DNA from: Welwitschia mirabilis
Lineage: Eukaryota
Assembly (NCBI GenBank): GCA_051453625.1
Contig: JBOZIK010000001.1
Coordinates: forward strand, 13,047,196-13,106,396
Length of the DNA stretch: 59,201 nucleotides
Direction: 5' to 3'
The notes beneath the pieces were generated by a model. It worked only from the letters and a program-made list of their open reading frames with translations. It searched no databases and was not told the origin of the DNA. This document shows, piece by piece, positions 1 to 12,605 of this stretch. The position numbers were made by a program, and so were the translations under genes. The first letter of the stretch is position 1. Every line of letters begins with the position of its first letter.

Positions 1-1290
1 GAAGGAAAAAGGAAGGTGAGCCAAGTAGAAGCACAAAAAGAGGACATCTAAAATATAAGAAGAAGCAAGACAAAGATAAAGACATCTAATGCTACTCTTG
101 TAAAGGGTTTGAACATATGGCAAATAAGCGCTTAAACATTAAAAAAGATAACAGAAAATCAAATAATTCTTCTTTTATTATAACATGGAATAATTAGGAT
201 GAGGATGATGATAGTAGTTCAGATCAAGAATCAGATAGAGATAGAAGACTATCTTTCAAGGCAATTGTACCTCTACTTCAGAAGTTACCTAGTACATTAG
301 AGCCTAATGATTTGGATACAATTAATGAAGATCAAATGAGTTAGAATATACTTACCAGGAACTATATGAGGAATGTGAAAAATTGGTAAGAAGGATAAAT
401 GATCTGAATAAAGTTATAAAGTTCCTCATCAAAGAGAAGGAGGAAATAGAAATAAAATAAAAAATTCTCAAATCTAATAACTCCAATCTCTTTTCATAAG
501 TAAAGAATTTATCTTTTTTAATTAATAAATTTTCTTGTGGTTCTTCTAAATTAGAATAGATTCTTAGAGGTCAGAAATCCACTGATAATAAATCAGGTAT
601 TGGCTTCATATCCAAAATCCACAAGGTCAAAAAAGACAAGTAAAGAGGTAAATTAAGTTCATTTTTAAAGTTACTTGTCACTTTTGTGAAAAAATATGAC
701 ACTAAAAGCTTCTTTAAAATATTAGAAAGTTAATGCTATTTCTAGATTCAGTGAATTAATTGCTATTTAAATTTATTCCAAAAATAATTATACCATGTAA
801 GTCTAATAAGATTAAGTGAATAAAAGCTAATGTTATTAAAAGTATTTTAACTCAAATAGATTTCAAAGAATTAAATGGAAGTAGCTGATACTTGGATAGT
901 GGATGTTCATGGTACATAACAAGAGAGAAATCAAATTTTCAACACTTGAGTAATATTGAGGGAGGAGATGTTACCTTTGGAGATAGTGGAAAAGTAAGAA
1001 TAGAAGGTCTCAAAAGCATTAAAGAAGGTGGTCTTATGATCGGGCGTACATACTGCTAGAAAAACCTTGGACCACGTGAACCACGGGTTTAGTAGCAATG
1101 TCTTCGAAACAAGTCTAAGCACAATTATATGTAAATAGTTTAAAGCACAATTTATTAAGTATTAGTCAATTATGTGACAAAGGTTACAAGGTATTTTTTG
1201 AAAAGTTGAAGTTTATAATTTTACATGAAAAATATAACATTATTATCCTTAGAGAAAAATGAGTAGATAATATTTATAAGATAGATGTTC
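1..1290 (+). pseudogene. Degenerate Sirevirus gag + aspartic protease
   Basis: Manual translation gives CYSCKGFEHMAN (~90), KLE*ILRGQKSTDNKSGIGF (~548), VTCHFCEKI*H (~670), *YLDSGCSWYIT (~886), GGDVTFGDSGK (~960) and LYVNSLKHNLLSISQLCDKGYKV (1125-1195), with many stops. Confidence 0.9.
1042..1124. other. ~80-bp CpG-rich foreign insertion inside the protease domain
   Basis: It separates ...KEGGLMI from LYVNSLKHNLL, which are normally only a few residues apart. It has 5 CpGs in ~84 bp within a CpG-depleted background. Confidence 0.7.
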
Positions 1291-1849
1291 ATGTATATTT
1301 GTGCAATAATTGATTTAATTATGTGAACCACAATATTGAAAAAGAAAACAATGGTTTAAATTTCATTATAACTAAACATTTTCTAAAAGATACTATTGTG
1401 ACACTTCAATTTTGTGACATTTTTCTCAATCACAAAAATGAAATAGGGGTTAACTCATCATCCTTTGTCTCATTACAGGGTGATCAATAAGATCTATGAT
1501 TTTGTTGATTAGATGTAGACAGTTGACTAGCTTGAAAGTTTAGTCACTCGAAACTTTGTTTGTACTATAGACCTATGTCTTAATAGGTCGATTAGAACTT
1601 TAACTGGTCAATCAGACCTGATGGATTACAGTGAAAAAGTACCATCAACGAACTTGATTTCTTTCTTTAAATTACCCTAAAAACCTTCTTTATAAAAGAA
1701 ATATGGGCTTAAATCATTTTCATTTCTTTTCTAGTCTCATTTCTCCTTTAGATCTAGAGTTTCTTCTTCTAAATCTAGAGCTTTACTTCCAGATTTAGTG
1801 ACTTTTCTTAATTTTTTTACTTTAAATCTTCTATAGATAAGTTAAAATA

Positions 1850-2826
1850 ACTAAAGATTCCTCAAGAAAAAGATTCAAGAAAGCTGCAACTAGAGATCCC
1901 TCTTACTTCTAACGAGGGATGTTTGAGGAGGACATGGAAAAGTTTGATAAGAAACTGGTTTGTCAAGAGTGATCTATTACTACTTCAGAGCTTAGAGAGA
2001 TCAAAGAGATGATCTAGCTCCTAAGAGATTAGGATCTTGGTTATTTTTTTGATGTTTCAGTTTTAGCATATCCATTTCTTACCCATATGTTTTACTATAA
2101 TACTTCTTATGATCGTGATTTGGGAACTCTTGAAACCCTCATTTTGGAGAAGCGGTGGAGGATCACTACAAATATTAGTTCTAATCTGACTAATCTACTC
2201 AAAGGATATTATGAAGAGTTTTCATAACTCCATGGAAGATAAGCCAGCAGTCATAAGGGGATTTGTAATAAGTCACATTCATAATACCATTTTCTTCATT
2301 TGGTCTTTACTTATAACTTTTTGCTTTTAACAGGTCATTGTGATGAGGCCTCTAGATATAGGACATATTTGATGTATTTAGTAAGAACTAGGCATTCCAT
2401 TGATGCCCCTATCATCATATTGAAAAATATGATGGCTTAGTTGGAGTATCATATGACTAGGCCTTTACCCTACTCTATGCTAATCATTAATCTATGTCAT
2501 CATTTTTATATGTCCTTTTCATCCTAAGATTGAAATCCTCCATGCACTCATTGGATGTGTGATACTATCCTACATGCACATCGTTATCTCTTTCAAGAAG
2601 TCTCTAAAATCAACCTCTCCTAAGAAAGCCTCTTCTGATGAGACTCTTTCATACCTGAGATGGATTGACTCTTATATCAGGCATATGAAGGATGTTCTCA
2701 TTGTAGCTAGGTATGACATTGTTGACACTTTAGTAGAAGACACTAGCTTAGCGTGAACAATAAGAGAAGAAGAAGAAGATTCTAAAGAAAAATCTGAAGA
2801 GGAAGAAGAAGAGGAGAAATCTAATT
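1850..2826 (+). pseudogene. Degenerate Sirevirus extra ('env-like' / putative plant transposon protein) ORF
   Basis: Motifs AYPFLTHMFYYN (~2066), LLTGHCDEAS..YLMYLV (~2323) and RPLPYSMLIINLCHHF (~2459), followed by an acidic E-rich tail (2762-2822). Confidence 0.7.
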
Positions 2827-2884
2827 AGACCTTTTCATATGATTATGTTTATTCTTTGCTTTTGCTTGTGTGTTTTCCTCTCCT

Positions 2885-3397
2885 TTGTCATTGATGTCAA
2901 AAGGGAAAGAATTAGCTATATTTTCATTATGCTTTTAAATGTGATTTGCTCTTGATGAACACTTTGACTTTGTACTACTAAACTTAATGAAATAAAAATG
3001 CACTTAGTTTTTATGCTTTTAATTTGTGTTTTAATATTTTTTTAGTGTAATTCAAATATCCTTATGAATTTAAATTTTCTAATATTTTAAATATTAAGGA
3101 TCCATATGATGTTTATCCTATATTTGAAATGAAATGTAAATTTTAATTATCAAAGTATTAAATATTATATGATTAAAATGGTGCTTCTCATAAATATTAT
3201 TTTCTTAACTCTCTAGATGTGTACCTTAAATTGTTTTTATTTTAGCATAAAGTAAGACTTATCAAAATGTATTTATTTACTTTTAAAAGGCTTAATACTT
3301 TTGTAAAACTTAACAGGCATTTCATGAGGGGGAGTTTTCTCATTTTTAATATTTTTACAACTAAGAAATGCTTGCCATCAATGTCAAAGGGAAAGAT
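2885..3397 (+). promoter_or_regulatory. Multiple polypurine-tract copies upstream of the Sirevirus 3' LTR
   Basis: TTGTCATTGATGTCAAAAGGGAAAGA (~2885), ATGAGGGGGAG (~3324) and TTGCCATCAATGTCAAAGGGAAAGAT immediately before the TG at 3398. Multiple PPTs are a Sirevirus hallmark. Confidence 0.75.
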
Positions 3398-3559
3398 TGT
3401 TAGATTACATTTTACCAATTTATGTCAAACTAATGTTTTTTATGAAGCGAATCTTGTGTATCTTATGTAGAAAATATTAACCACTTATAGGTCATATGAT
3501 AAAGCTAGGAATGTCACATTCTGATCACTAGAAACCTATTAATTTTACTTACCCTCTTG

Positions 3560-4095
3560 AGGGGTTGACCAAACTTTTAAGGACTGGATCACACCTAGAG
3601 CATACTCTTAGAATTGAACTGAATTCAAAGGAGTTGACCAGATTTCTGATGGGTCGACTAGACTTGTGAACCTGAGAACTAATATTTCTGAACCAATTTT
3701 CAAGGGGTCGATAGGATCTATTAGGGGTATACTAGACTTGTAAACCTAAGAACCAATACTCTTGAATCGATTTTCAAGGGGTTGACTAGCCCTTTGATGG
3801 GTTAACTATACCTAAGCACTGTGCACCTAATATCCCTAAGCTAATCATTAAGGGTAAACAAGACATCTGTGGGGTTGACCAAACCTAATGCAAAAAATTA
3901 GAATGCATCTTTATCATGATGAGCGAGTGACTAGACAGTTATGTAGATGACCAGATGAGGGGTTGACAAGATCCTGAGGGGTTGACTGAACATGAAGCTA
4001 TAAGAAACTAGGGCAACTGAAAATTTCACTCAGGTGACCTATTTAAGTCATAGCACTCGGAGGGATTGACTAGACGTTTGAGGGTTCAACCAGCC
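3560..4095 (+). repeat. Array of decayed palindromic GG(G)TCGAC(C/T)AG motifs in LTR U3
   Basis: About a dozen copies, e.g. ggggttgacc, gggtcgactagac, ggggtcgatagg, ggggttgactagcc, ggattgactagac, mostly with CpG>TpG changes. Confidence 0.75.
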
Positions 4096-4472
4096 AAAAT
4101 GGAAACAAAATTTTATATCTATTATGTATCCATTTTTTAGCCATTTATAGCTGTTGAAAGCACATTTGTAATTGCAATAATTCTAAAAGCCTTTAAGTGT
4201 AAATAGCCAAGAGAGAAATTTCTAAAAAAACTTTTAGACTTTTTGATATTTGACCAAACGATTTGAAAAACTGTGATTTATCACTATACTAGCTTGGCAT
4301 TATATTCCTAATAAAGGACAAGCCAACATCTATTATATCTATACATTCAAGGTGATATCTTATACTTTGTTGTTGTATCATCTATAGGAGAAGAGATCCA
4401 TTACAATTATTGTACCAAAGAATGAGTGATATTAGTGCATTAGGACATTTCTTCATCACTACCACACATTGT

Positions 4473-4580
4473 GAAAAGTTGATACTTAGCTTGTAAAAGT
4501 TCATTGAAAGGTTAAGACTTAGCCTACAAAAGTCCATTCAAAGGTTAAGAATTAGCCTATAAAAGTCCATTTGTAAAGGT
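4473..4580 (+). repeat. ~33-bp tandem repeat (about 3 units) in the Sirevirus LTR
   Basis: Unit ~AAAGGTTAAGACTTAGCCTACAAAAGTCCATTC repeated with variation. Confidence 0.75.
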
Positions 4581-5517
4581 TATAGCTAAACCTTTAATAC
4601 TTGGAAGAGTTAACAAAGATCTGAATTAGGTTTGGTGATAAGATGATTGTCAAAGGTTGAGTAGGGGTTTTGCGAACCACTATAAAAATTGTGTGCATCT
4701 GATTGGTATTTTATGCTTTCTATTAGTTTCATTTTTCTAAATACTTTTGGTTTTTATTTTTATGCACGAATTTGCTAGNNNNNNNNNNNNNNNNNNNNNN
4801 NNNNNNNNNNNNNNNNNNNNNNNNNNNNNNNNNNNNNNNNNNNNNNNNNNNNNNNNNNNNNNNNNNNNNNNNNNNNNNNNNNNNNNNNNNNNNNNNNNNN
4901 NNNNNNNNNNNNNNNNNNNNNNNNNNNNNNNNNNNNNNNNNNNNNNNNNNNNNNNNNNNNNNNNNNNNNNNNNNNNNNNNNNNNNNNNNNNNNNNNNNNN
5001 NNNNNNNNNNNNNNNNNNNNNNNNNNNNNNNNNNNNNNNNNNNNNNNNNNNNNNNNNNNNNNNNNNNNNNNNNNNNNNNNNNNNNNNNNNNNNNNNNNNN
5101 NNNNNNNNNNNNNNNNNNNNNNNNNNNNNNNNNNNNNNNNNNNNNNNNNNNNNNNNNNNNNNNNNNNNAAAGTCCATTCAAAGGTCAAGAATTAGCCTAT
5201 AAAAGTCCATGTGTAAAGGTTATAGCTAAACCTTCAATACTTGGAAGAGTTAACAAAGATCTGAATTAGGTTTGGTGATAAGATGATTGTCAAAAGTTGA
5301 GTAGGAGGTTTTGCGAACCACTATAAAAATTGTGTGCATCTGATTGGTATTTTATGCTTTCTATTATTTTCATTTTTCTAAATACTTTTATTTTTTCTTT
5401 TTATGCACGAATTTGCTAGCGATTTATTTCAAGCAAATTTTTATTGTATCATAAGTTTATTTAGATAATTTTTTAAAGAACCTATTCACCCCTCCTATAG
5501 GGTTCTAAATTCCCACA

Positions 5518-8274
5518 GAATCTACTTAGGAACACATCATTATCTAATTTCATCTTTACAAATACAATATAACAAAGGAGTTTTCTAGATGTAATTTTAA
5601 ATTTTTTTAAGAGAAAATTGTTTGTTCTAATTTAACTAAACACATGAAACATGTAAGATAGATAACTAATTAGTAATGTTTACATACTAAGGGTCCTTTT
5701 TATGGGGGTTAATGTATTCTTTAGAAAACTTCTCATTAGGAAATCTATCATCGAAGGTATCTTTAGTGTGACATTATTTAGGTAATTCTAAACAATAAAG
5801 GTGGTTTTCTAATACATTCTCATGTTTTTTCTTATCTTGATAATTCTAATTAAGTTCTTATATTAGAAGATACTAAGACATAATACAAAGATGATCAATA
5901 TACTTTATTTCTAAGAACTTCATAGCAAAATGATCCATGTAAACCTTAGTTTTGAAACCTACATAGTAGTATCACAACTTATCAAGTGTAGTGACTGATG
6001 TAAAAAGTTATTTTCTCATGCTCATATAAATGTATTAGTCTAGACTATGGATTGTTGAGACATAGTAGATGATATGGAGCTTATGATCAATGTATTCTTT
6101 AAGTACAATAGTAATAGCAGTAAGAGCAAAATGATAATGCCAATTTGATATACTAATAACTAATGTGGTAATGACTGTTTCCTTAAAACATTAAATGCTT
6201 TTTTATAAGAACCATTATGTATAAAATGTTTATTCTTTATTAGTAATTCATAAAGAGGTTTCATATTTCTTAACAAAATCTATATGAATCTCTAACAATA
6301 CCTAGCATGTCCTAAGGCATCTTGTAATTTCTTCAAATTTGTTAGGATTGGTAGAGACATAATAACTTGAATAATTTTAGGATTCATAGTTATTCTTATC
6401 TATGATACCACACGTTCTAGAATAGCTTCACTTTTGACTATGAAATGAATTTTTTTCCCAGCTTACTTTTAAATCTTACTCTATATAACATAATAATACC
6501 TCATGGAATCTATTAAGGATTTATTTAAAATAATCATTATATAATAAAAATTTATCTATATACACATATAGAGACATACAAAAAAATAAAAAAATTCCTT
6601 TCAACATATTCCAAAAAAAATTACATTATAACTTATTAAAAGGTGACAAGTGCATCACATAATCCAAAAGTTATTCACTGGTAAGTATACATTCCAAATG
6701 ATGAGGTAAATGTTATCTTGTTTTGATCTTCATGGGCTATGGCAATCTCATAGTGACCATTAAATCCATCTAAAAAATAGTAGTATCATGTCCTAAAACC
6801 TTTTTAGGATTTGATCAATGTAGAATATTGAAAACTAGTCTTTTTGATGTATTCATTAAGTTTTCTAACATCAGTACAAACTTACTATTTTACATTTCTC
6901 TTTAGAACTTTCATAATTAAACTTACCTACTAGCTATTAGAAATTGGATATATGATGCCTTTTTTTTTCATAATTTATGAACTTCAATCTTAACTACCTT
7001 TGATAATATTAGGTTTAAATGTTATGCGGTTTGTATAATAAGTTTCACATTCTTGTCTAAGCAAATATTATGCATGATTAAAGCTAGTAAACTTCTTTTT
7101 ATAGGTTCTTATAAGATCAGTAAAATCTGCCATGTTTTTTATTAGCATTTAAACCAGTGTGGCCTCATCTTTAAGTGTTAGTATTGCTAATGTCTAAAGT
7201 ATTTATTTTCTTATCATGAAGAAAGATCTATTTTATGTTTGATTATAAGTATTTAAGTTCTAATACCTCTTGATCTTTAGTTTGTATTGAAATGTTTTAA
7301 TTATCTTATTATTTAAAGGATAATGTCTTCTCTATGATTGTGATTTCATTCTATTATTTATTACTACTCATCAAGTATTCTTACTTATTTTTCAAAACTA
7401 ATTAAAAATAATCTCTAGTGAAAACTTTTATAGCTAAAGCATATATAAATCTTACTTATTTTTTAATTTTGGAATTCTTTCTTATGACCTATTAGGTTGA
7501 AAATATTCACATTTATTTTAAGATTGGCAAAGATAAATTAAATTAAAACCATTTAAAAATGTATTACAACATCTATAGTAGCTAAACAAGATCCTCTTAA
7601 AATGATTAGGAAGAACATTTTAGTAATTTTTAAAATCACAAAATCTATAGGATAGGCTCCTTTATTAACTTATACTAACACATTTTCAATTATTTATAAA
7701 GGATTTAGTACATAATCATATGCTAATAATAAAGTCATATTGGTGTTAAAAAATCTTATTAATCTCAAGGGCTCAAAAAATATGAAGGCACGATTGTGTC
7801 TTCTTCCTGATCATTTATGATTATAGGAATAATAGATAACCCTAATGTTTAGGTCTTGTCTTCTTCTTAATCATTTGCATAATGTTTTAGCAAGGTATAC
7901 TTTTTAAGATATGAATGTTCTTTTCTTTTATAAACATAAGTTTTTAATATACTTGGAGTCTAAGGGTGTATCATTAAGGTCTTAAATTAGAGAAATTCTA
8001 ATTTTTTTCTCTCTAAATAGCCTATTTATTTATTCATCCTCGGTGATATCTTCCTTCAATCTCTTAAATATAGTGGTATAGTTGTTGGCTTAATTATTAT
8101 AATTAGAGTTTTAGAAGTTATAGTACTTTTTAGATTTCATTTTAATAACTCTAATTTATCCTCTAGTTAAGGTTTTTATTCTAAGTAATTTTCCTTAGCG
8201 ATTCTATTTTCTTGGAATATTTATTTATTTTTTAGAATTTTGAGCACATTTTACTTCTTATAATCATTGCTCAT
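5518..8274 (-). pseudogene. Element A: degenerate Athila-like Ty3/gypsy pol (PR-RT-RNase H-start of IN) and gag C-terminus
   Basis: Minus strand reads VLV*VNKGAYPIDFVILK and LIILRGSCLAT (~7570-7680), GHYEIAIAHEDQNKITFTSSFGMY..ITFGLCDALVTF (~6640-6760), YVYID (~6555), FDDRFPNEK (~5740) and CICKDEI..CVPK (~5530-5570), cut by the Sirevirus. Confidence 0.85.
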
Positions 8275-11210
8275 TGTTGTGTTGCCAAATTATATGTATT
8301 TGATAGGATATTTTAAGTAGTTTAATGGGACATTAGATAGGTTTATGCTAAGTTTTGATGATAATAGGGAACTAAGGAAAATATCATAAAACATGTAATT
8401 TTCATTACATTTGACAGTTGTTGCACTATCAACTTACATATATTTGATAGGGTACTTTGGATAGTTATATACAATATTATAAAAGTTTATTTAAACTTCC
8501 ATGATAATAGAGAGTTGAAATAAAAGATACAAAAACATGCCATATTCATTATATTTTACATCATTTAGAGCAGTTTACAATTCTTTCTATTTTGAAGCAA
8601 ACTTCCTGTAAACATGAGATTGGTGCATTAGATGAACACTNNNNNNNNNNNNNNNNNNNNNNNNNNNNNNNNNNNNNNNNACAGATGATAAAATAGTAAA
8701 TCCAATAAGGATTCTTACTATGATCAATTTGGCAAATAACATGGATTGCTTATGAGATGGTATCATCCCCTGTATCATCTGGACGACTAGTAGGATGACA
8801 TCTATTATAACAATCCATTAAACATTTACCTAACTTTTACCATTTGTCTATATGTTTCTTATGTAGCTGTTAGGATTGTGCTCATGCTTATTTGTTTATT
8901 TGTTGTTTGTATGTCTGCTTATTAATAAGTATCAATTCTTCCCTTGACTCTATCTTGTCTTTGCTTACACAAGAATTCTTATGATAGGANNNNNNNNNNN
9001 NNNNNNNNNNNNNNNNNNNNNNNNNNNNNNNNNNNNNNNNNNNNNNNNNNNNNNNNNNNNNNNNNNNNNNNNNNNNNNNNNNNNNNNNNNNNNNNNNNNN
9101 NNNNNNNNNNNNNNNNNNNNNNNNNNNNNNNNNNNNNNNNNNNNNNNNNNNNNNNNNNNNNNNNNNNNNNNNNNNNNNNNNNNNNNNNNNNNNNNNNNNN
9201 NNNNNNNNNNNNNNNNNNNNNNNNNNNNNNNNNNNNNNNNNNNNNNNNNNNNNNNNNNNNNNNNNNNNNNNNNNNNNNNNNNNNNNNNNNNNNNNNNNNN
9301 NNNNNNNNNNNNNNNNNNNNNNNNNNNNNNNNNNNNNNNNNNNNNNNNNNNNNNNNNNNNNNNNNNNNNNNNNNNNNNNNNNNNNNNNNNNNNNNNNNNN
9401 NNNNNNNNNNNNNNNNNNNNNNNNNNNNNNNNNNNNNNNNNNNNNNNNNNNNNNNNNNNNNNNNNNNNNNNNNNNNNNNNNNNNNNNNNNNNNNNNNNNN
9501 NNNNNTCCCTTCACTCTATCTTGTCTTTGCTTATACAAGAATTCTTATGATAGGAGAGTGAAGGACTAGAGATACATCCCTAGGTCTTATAGAGAAACAT
9601 CTTTCTTGGTATTAGGATATGACTGCTCCATTAAGATGTGACTACTTTATAACATGGATGTGATTTAAAACTAATAAAAAAAACTCTTTTTCATTTCCTA
9701 TGCTTATTATTACTTATTTCTCATAGTTTATGTTACTTCTAATTCAGTGACAGTTTCTTGAGTGATATAGGTTATGAAGGCAACATTTGTCAAGGCTGAG
9801 AACTATTAGTTTAGATGCATTACTATTTTCCTTTCCTATATTAACTTTGCATAAGTGTGTTGCATTGTTATTTTCTGCATTGCATTTTATTTCTATTTCT
9901 AGAATACATAGGTATTTCTTATTGAAATCAATTCTCTTACTTCTAGCTTGGGCCTTCGATAAATTATAACATTTAATTCCACTCTCATCTATATTAGTGT
10001 GTTGTGTTGTGTAAAATATCTATTTTATCTGTAAATGATAGAATTTCCTTAAGCAGAATAGTTTATACAAATATGCACTGCAATAACAACATTTTAAAAA
10101 AATTATAATACTTCTTATTTGAAGCAACAATCCTATAATTAGAGAGGCTAATCTAACACAAGAAACATCTTTATAATGTCCATCATTCACCTTATCATCT
10201 AGATGACTATATAGATGATGAAAGTACTTATGCTAATAAGGATAGTTACTAGACTAATCTAGTAGATGATGTGAAACTTGTATGATGTGGCATCATCTTC
10301 TGTGATGTCTGGATAACTAGTAGGATGACATATAAAAATAATGCTTTACTAAACTTCATCAAAATTTTTCCTTATGTCTTACACCTTCTTGTGGAACTAT
10401 TATCATTTTTACTACATCTATTAATGTTTGTTGTTTTTATAGTTTATTTTGTAATAACTACCTTCTTCATTCTTGACTCTAATTTTATCTTTTTTATCAT
10501 CGAAAATTCTTGTAACGGGAGATTCAAAAATAGGAGATTCGTCCCTTATTATTGTAGAGAGATGTCTTCCTTGTTATTCGGTTGTGTATCCTTCATTAAG
10601 GTGTTACTACTTTATAACATGGATGTTGATTCAACTTAATCAACACTTTGTTTTTCTTTTTATATCATTTATTGTGTGCATTTTCTTAATGGTTTATGTT
10701 ACTTATAATTCGGTAATAGCTTCATCTGTGATATAGATAAAAAGGGCAACCTCTGTTAAGATTGACATTATTAGTTTAGATGCATTGCATTTAATTTTTT
10801 AGATTAACTTTACATTGTTTTCATTTTTCATTTGACACACTTGATAGCTTAAATTGGTCTTGATCTAGTGACAGCTTTCCTTAATTGATTTAAATTATAC
10901 AGAGTTGATCTCCATGACAAGTTGATTTTATAATTAGGATAGATGTTACATTTAGAAAAGAACTTCTATCTCATTTATATAGTATGTTTGTTTGCATTGT
11001 TATTTTGCATTATTATTATTCTACTTAGAGATTACATAAGCATTTTGTTTGAAATTAATTCTCTTTCTTCTCCTTTGTTCCTTTAATGGAATTATGACAT
11101 TTGGGTCACTCCCATATGTATTATTATATTTTATTATATAACATATATATTTTGGAAATTTTTAAGATTTGTCTAAGGATATAAGATTTTCACAAATATG
11201 CATAACAACA
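8275..11210 (+). repeat. Element B 5' LTR (interrupted at 8419-10085)
   Basis: TGTTG...CAACA termini. 10190-11210 aligns with 37565-38762, and it is followed by a PBS. Confidence 0.85.
8419..10085 (+). mobile_element. Solo LTR of a related family inserted in B's 5' LTR
   Basis: Second LTR start TGTTGCACTATCAA and end TGCACTGCAATA, flanked by ACAGT / ACAAC. The host LTR resumes in register afterwards, and there is no adjacent PBS or PPT. Confidence 0.75.
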
Positions 11211-11213
11211 TCT

Positions 11214-11231
11214 TGATACCATTACTGGTGA
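11214..11231 (+). promoter_or_regulatory. Decayed tRNA-Asp primer-binding site (element B)
   Basis: TGATACCATTACTGGTGA versus the Athila consensus TGGCGCCGTTGCCGGGGA; differences are almost all C>T/G>A. Confidence 0.7.
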
Positions 11232-11874
11232 AGGCTACTTAAAGTTTAACGATTTTTATTACTTAGATTAGTAGTTTAGATTTTAGTTCAAGTATTTATC
11301 TATAGTAGCATTGTATTCTTATAGTATAAATATAGATTTTTCTTTCTCCATTTTTTTTAATTCCAAAAATCATGCCTTGTTATACCCCTTGTCATTTAGA
11401 CAATGTATGGTGATAACGGCCTATGAAACTTAGGGTTTTTCATTTTCTTAAAACCTAGGGTTTTTTTATCATCCTCTCTGTTATGTAGATGACTTAGTAG
11501 AAGACTATTAGTTTTCATTCTATGTTATTTTGTGATTTTATTTTTTTGTGTTTTTCATTTTTGGGTTTTTTGTGTTTTCTACCATCTATGTACATCGTCT
11601 AGATGATCACAGAGATGATGTTTACAAAAATAAAACTGAGCATACTAGGACATGGTAAACTCTGATAAAAAGATGAAATATCAGAGACTGGCTATTGATC
11701 AAAGAAAACATCCAAGAAGGTTTAATCAACTATGAACTAGGATACACACACCTCACATATGTAAAATATTCTAAAAATTGAGTAAAAATATTTTTCTACA
11801 TTTATTATTTTTGAATCTAATTTTTCCAAAGAAATTTTTCAAAATAAAGTTTAGAAGAAAATCATTTTATTATA

Positions 11875-12605
11875 ATGTCAAATTCTATGCAAAAACATAA
11901 ACAAATTGCTTTGTCTAATCCTGCTATCATGATCAGAATGTCTACTACCCTCATAAATCCAAATGCTAATGTTACTCTTAAAGAAATAATTACACATAAA
12001 AAGCATGAAATCCAAAATCCTTTTGACCTACCTCCTAGTGATGAAGTCAAGTTAAGAAATATAAATACTTATCCTATTTTTAATGGAGAAAATAATAAAT
12101 ATCCCCTTCAACATATAATAATTAGTGCCTACTTTTGGAAATGGTAAAAAGCAAATTAGTGATCATACTTATATGGTTATTTTTTCCATCACTTTAAAAG
12201 AAAAAGTAAAACTATGGCTAAGAATTATTCAATATAAAAGCTTAAAAGCATAAAACCAAGTTCAAGAAGCATTTATAAAAAGATTTATAAGTGAAAAAAT
12301 AATAAGAAAAAGAAAAAAAGAGATAATAAATTTATAACAGTGACCTAATAAAGATTATGCCTTACTTATAAACGATTTTTCATTATGATACTTTCTAATC
12401 CTATAGATGCATTTACTCAAGAATAATTAGTAGACTATTTCTACAGTGGACTTAATAGCTAAATCAAATAACTTGTAAATTTTTCATGGAGTGAAAATTT
12501 AATGAATCTTACATTATAAATTGCATAAAGATTATTAGAAAAACTAGTAGAAGTAAGTCAAACATGGCCTAAACCAACACTTAAAGAAAATCATACTGTA
12601 GACCA
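11875..12605 (+). pseudogene. Element B gag, 5' part
   Basis: MSN...VTLKEII...YPIFNG..YPLQH, then ..LVDYFYSGLN..LVEVSQTWPKPTLKENHTVD. Homologous to 15747-16445. Confidence 0.85.

Larger units (their letters stand above)
1..5517 (+). mobile_element. Sirevirus (SIRE/Maximus-type Ty1/copia) LTR retrotransposon, 3' part; non-autonomous, lacking IN-RT-RNase H
   Basis: Order is gag zinc knuckles, copia protease, extra ORF, multiple PPT-like tracts, then an LTR TGTTAG...CCCACA with a C-rich ATTCACCCCTCCT motif near its end. The 5' end lies outside the window. Confidence 0.9.
3398..5517 (+). repeat. Sirevirus 3' LTR (length inflated by a gap and a duplicated contig end)
   Basis: Starts TGT after the PPT and ends CACA ~20 bp after the C-rich motif CCTATTCACCCCTCCT. 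4529-4778 is repeated at 5169-5419 across the N gap. Confidence 0.85.

Noticed and set aside
1051..1100. TACTGCTAGAAAAACC resembling a CACTA terminal inverted repeat
   Set aside because: There is no matching TAGTG end or 3-bp TSD.
3560..4580. Regularly spaced short repeats resembling a CRISPR array
   Set aside because: The repeats are degenerate, spacers are related to each other, there are no cas genes, and they lie inside a plant Sirevirus LTR.
10325..10736. Hydrophobic, membrane-protein-like ORFs (also 37687-38127, 9787-9969, 22374-22583)
   Set aside because: They lie in T-rich LTR or UTR sequence, and frames and stops are not conserved between the paired LTRs.
11214..11221. TGATACCA, the reverse complement of a tRNA-Met PBS
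   Set aside because: In context it extends to a decayed plus-strand tRNA-Asp PBS directly after an LTR end, like those at 14813 and 43440.
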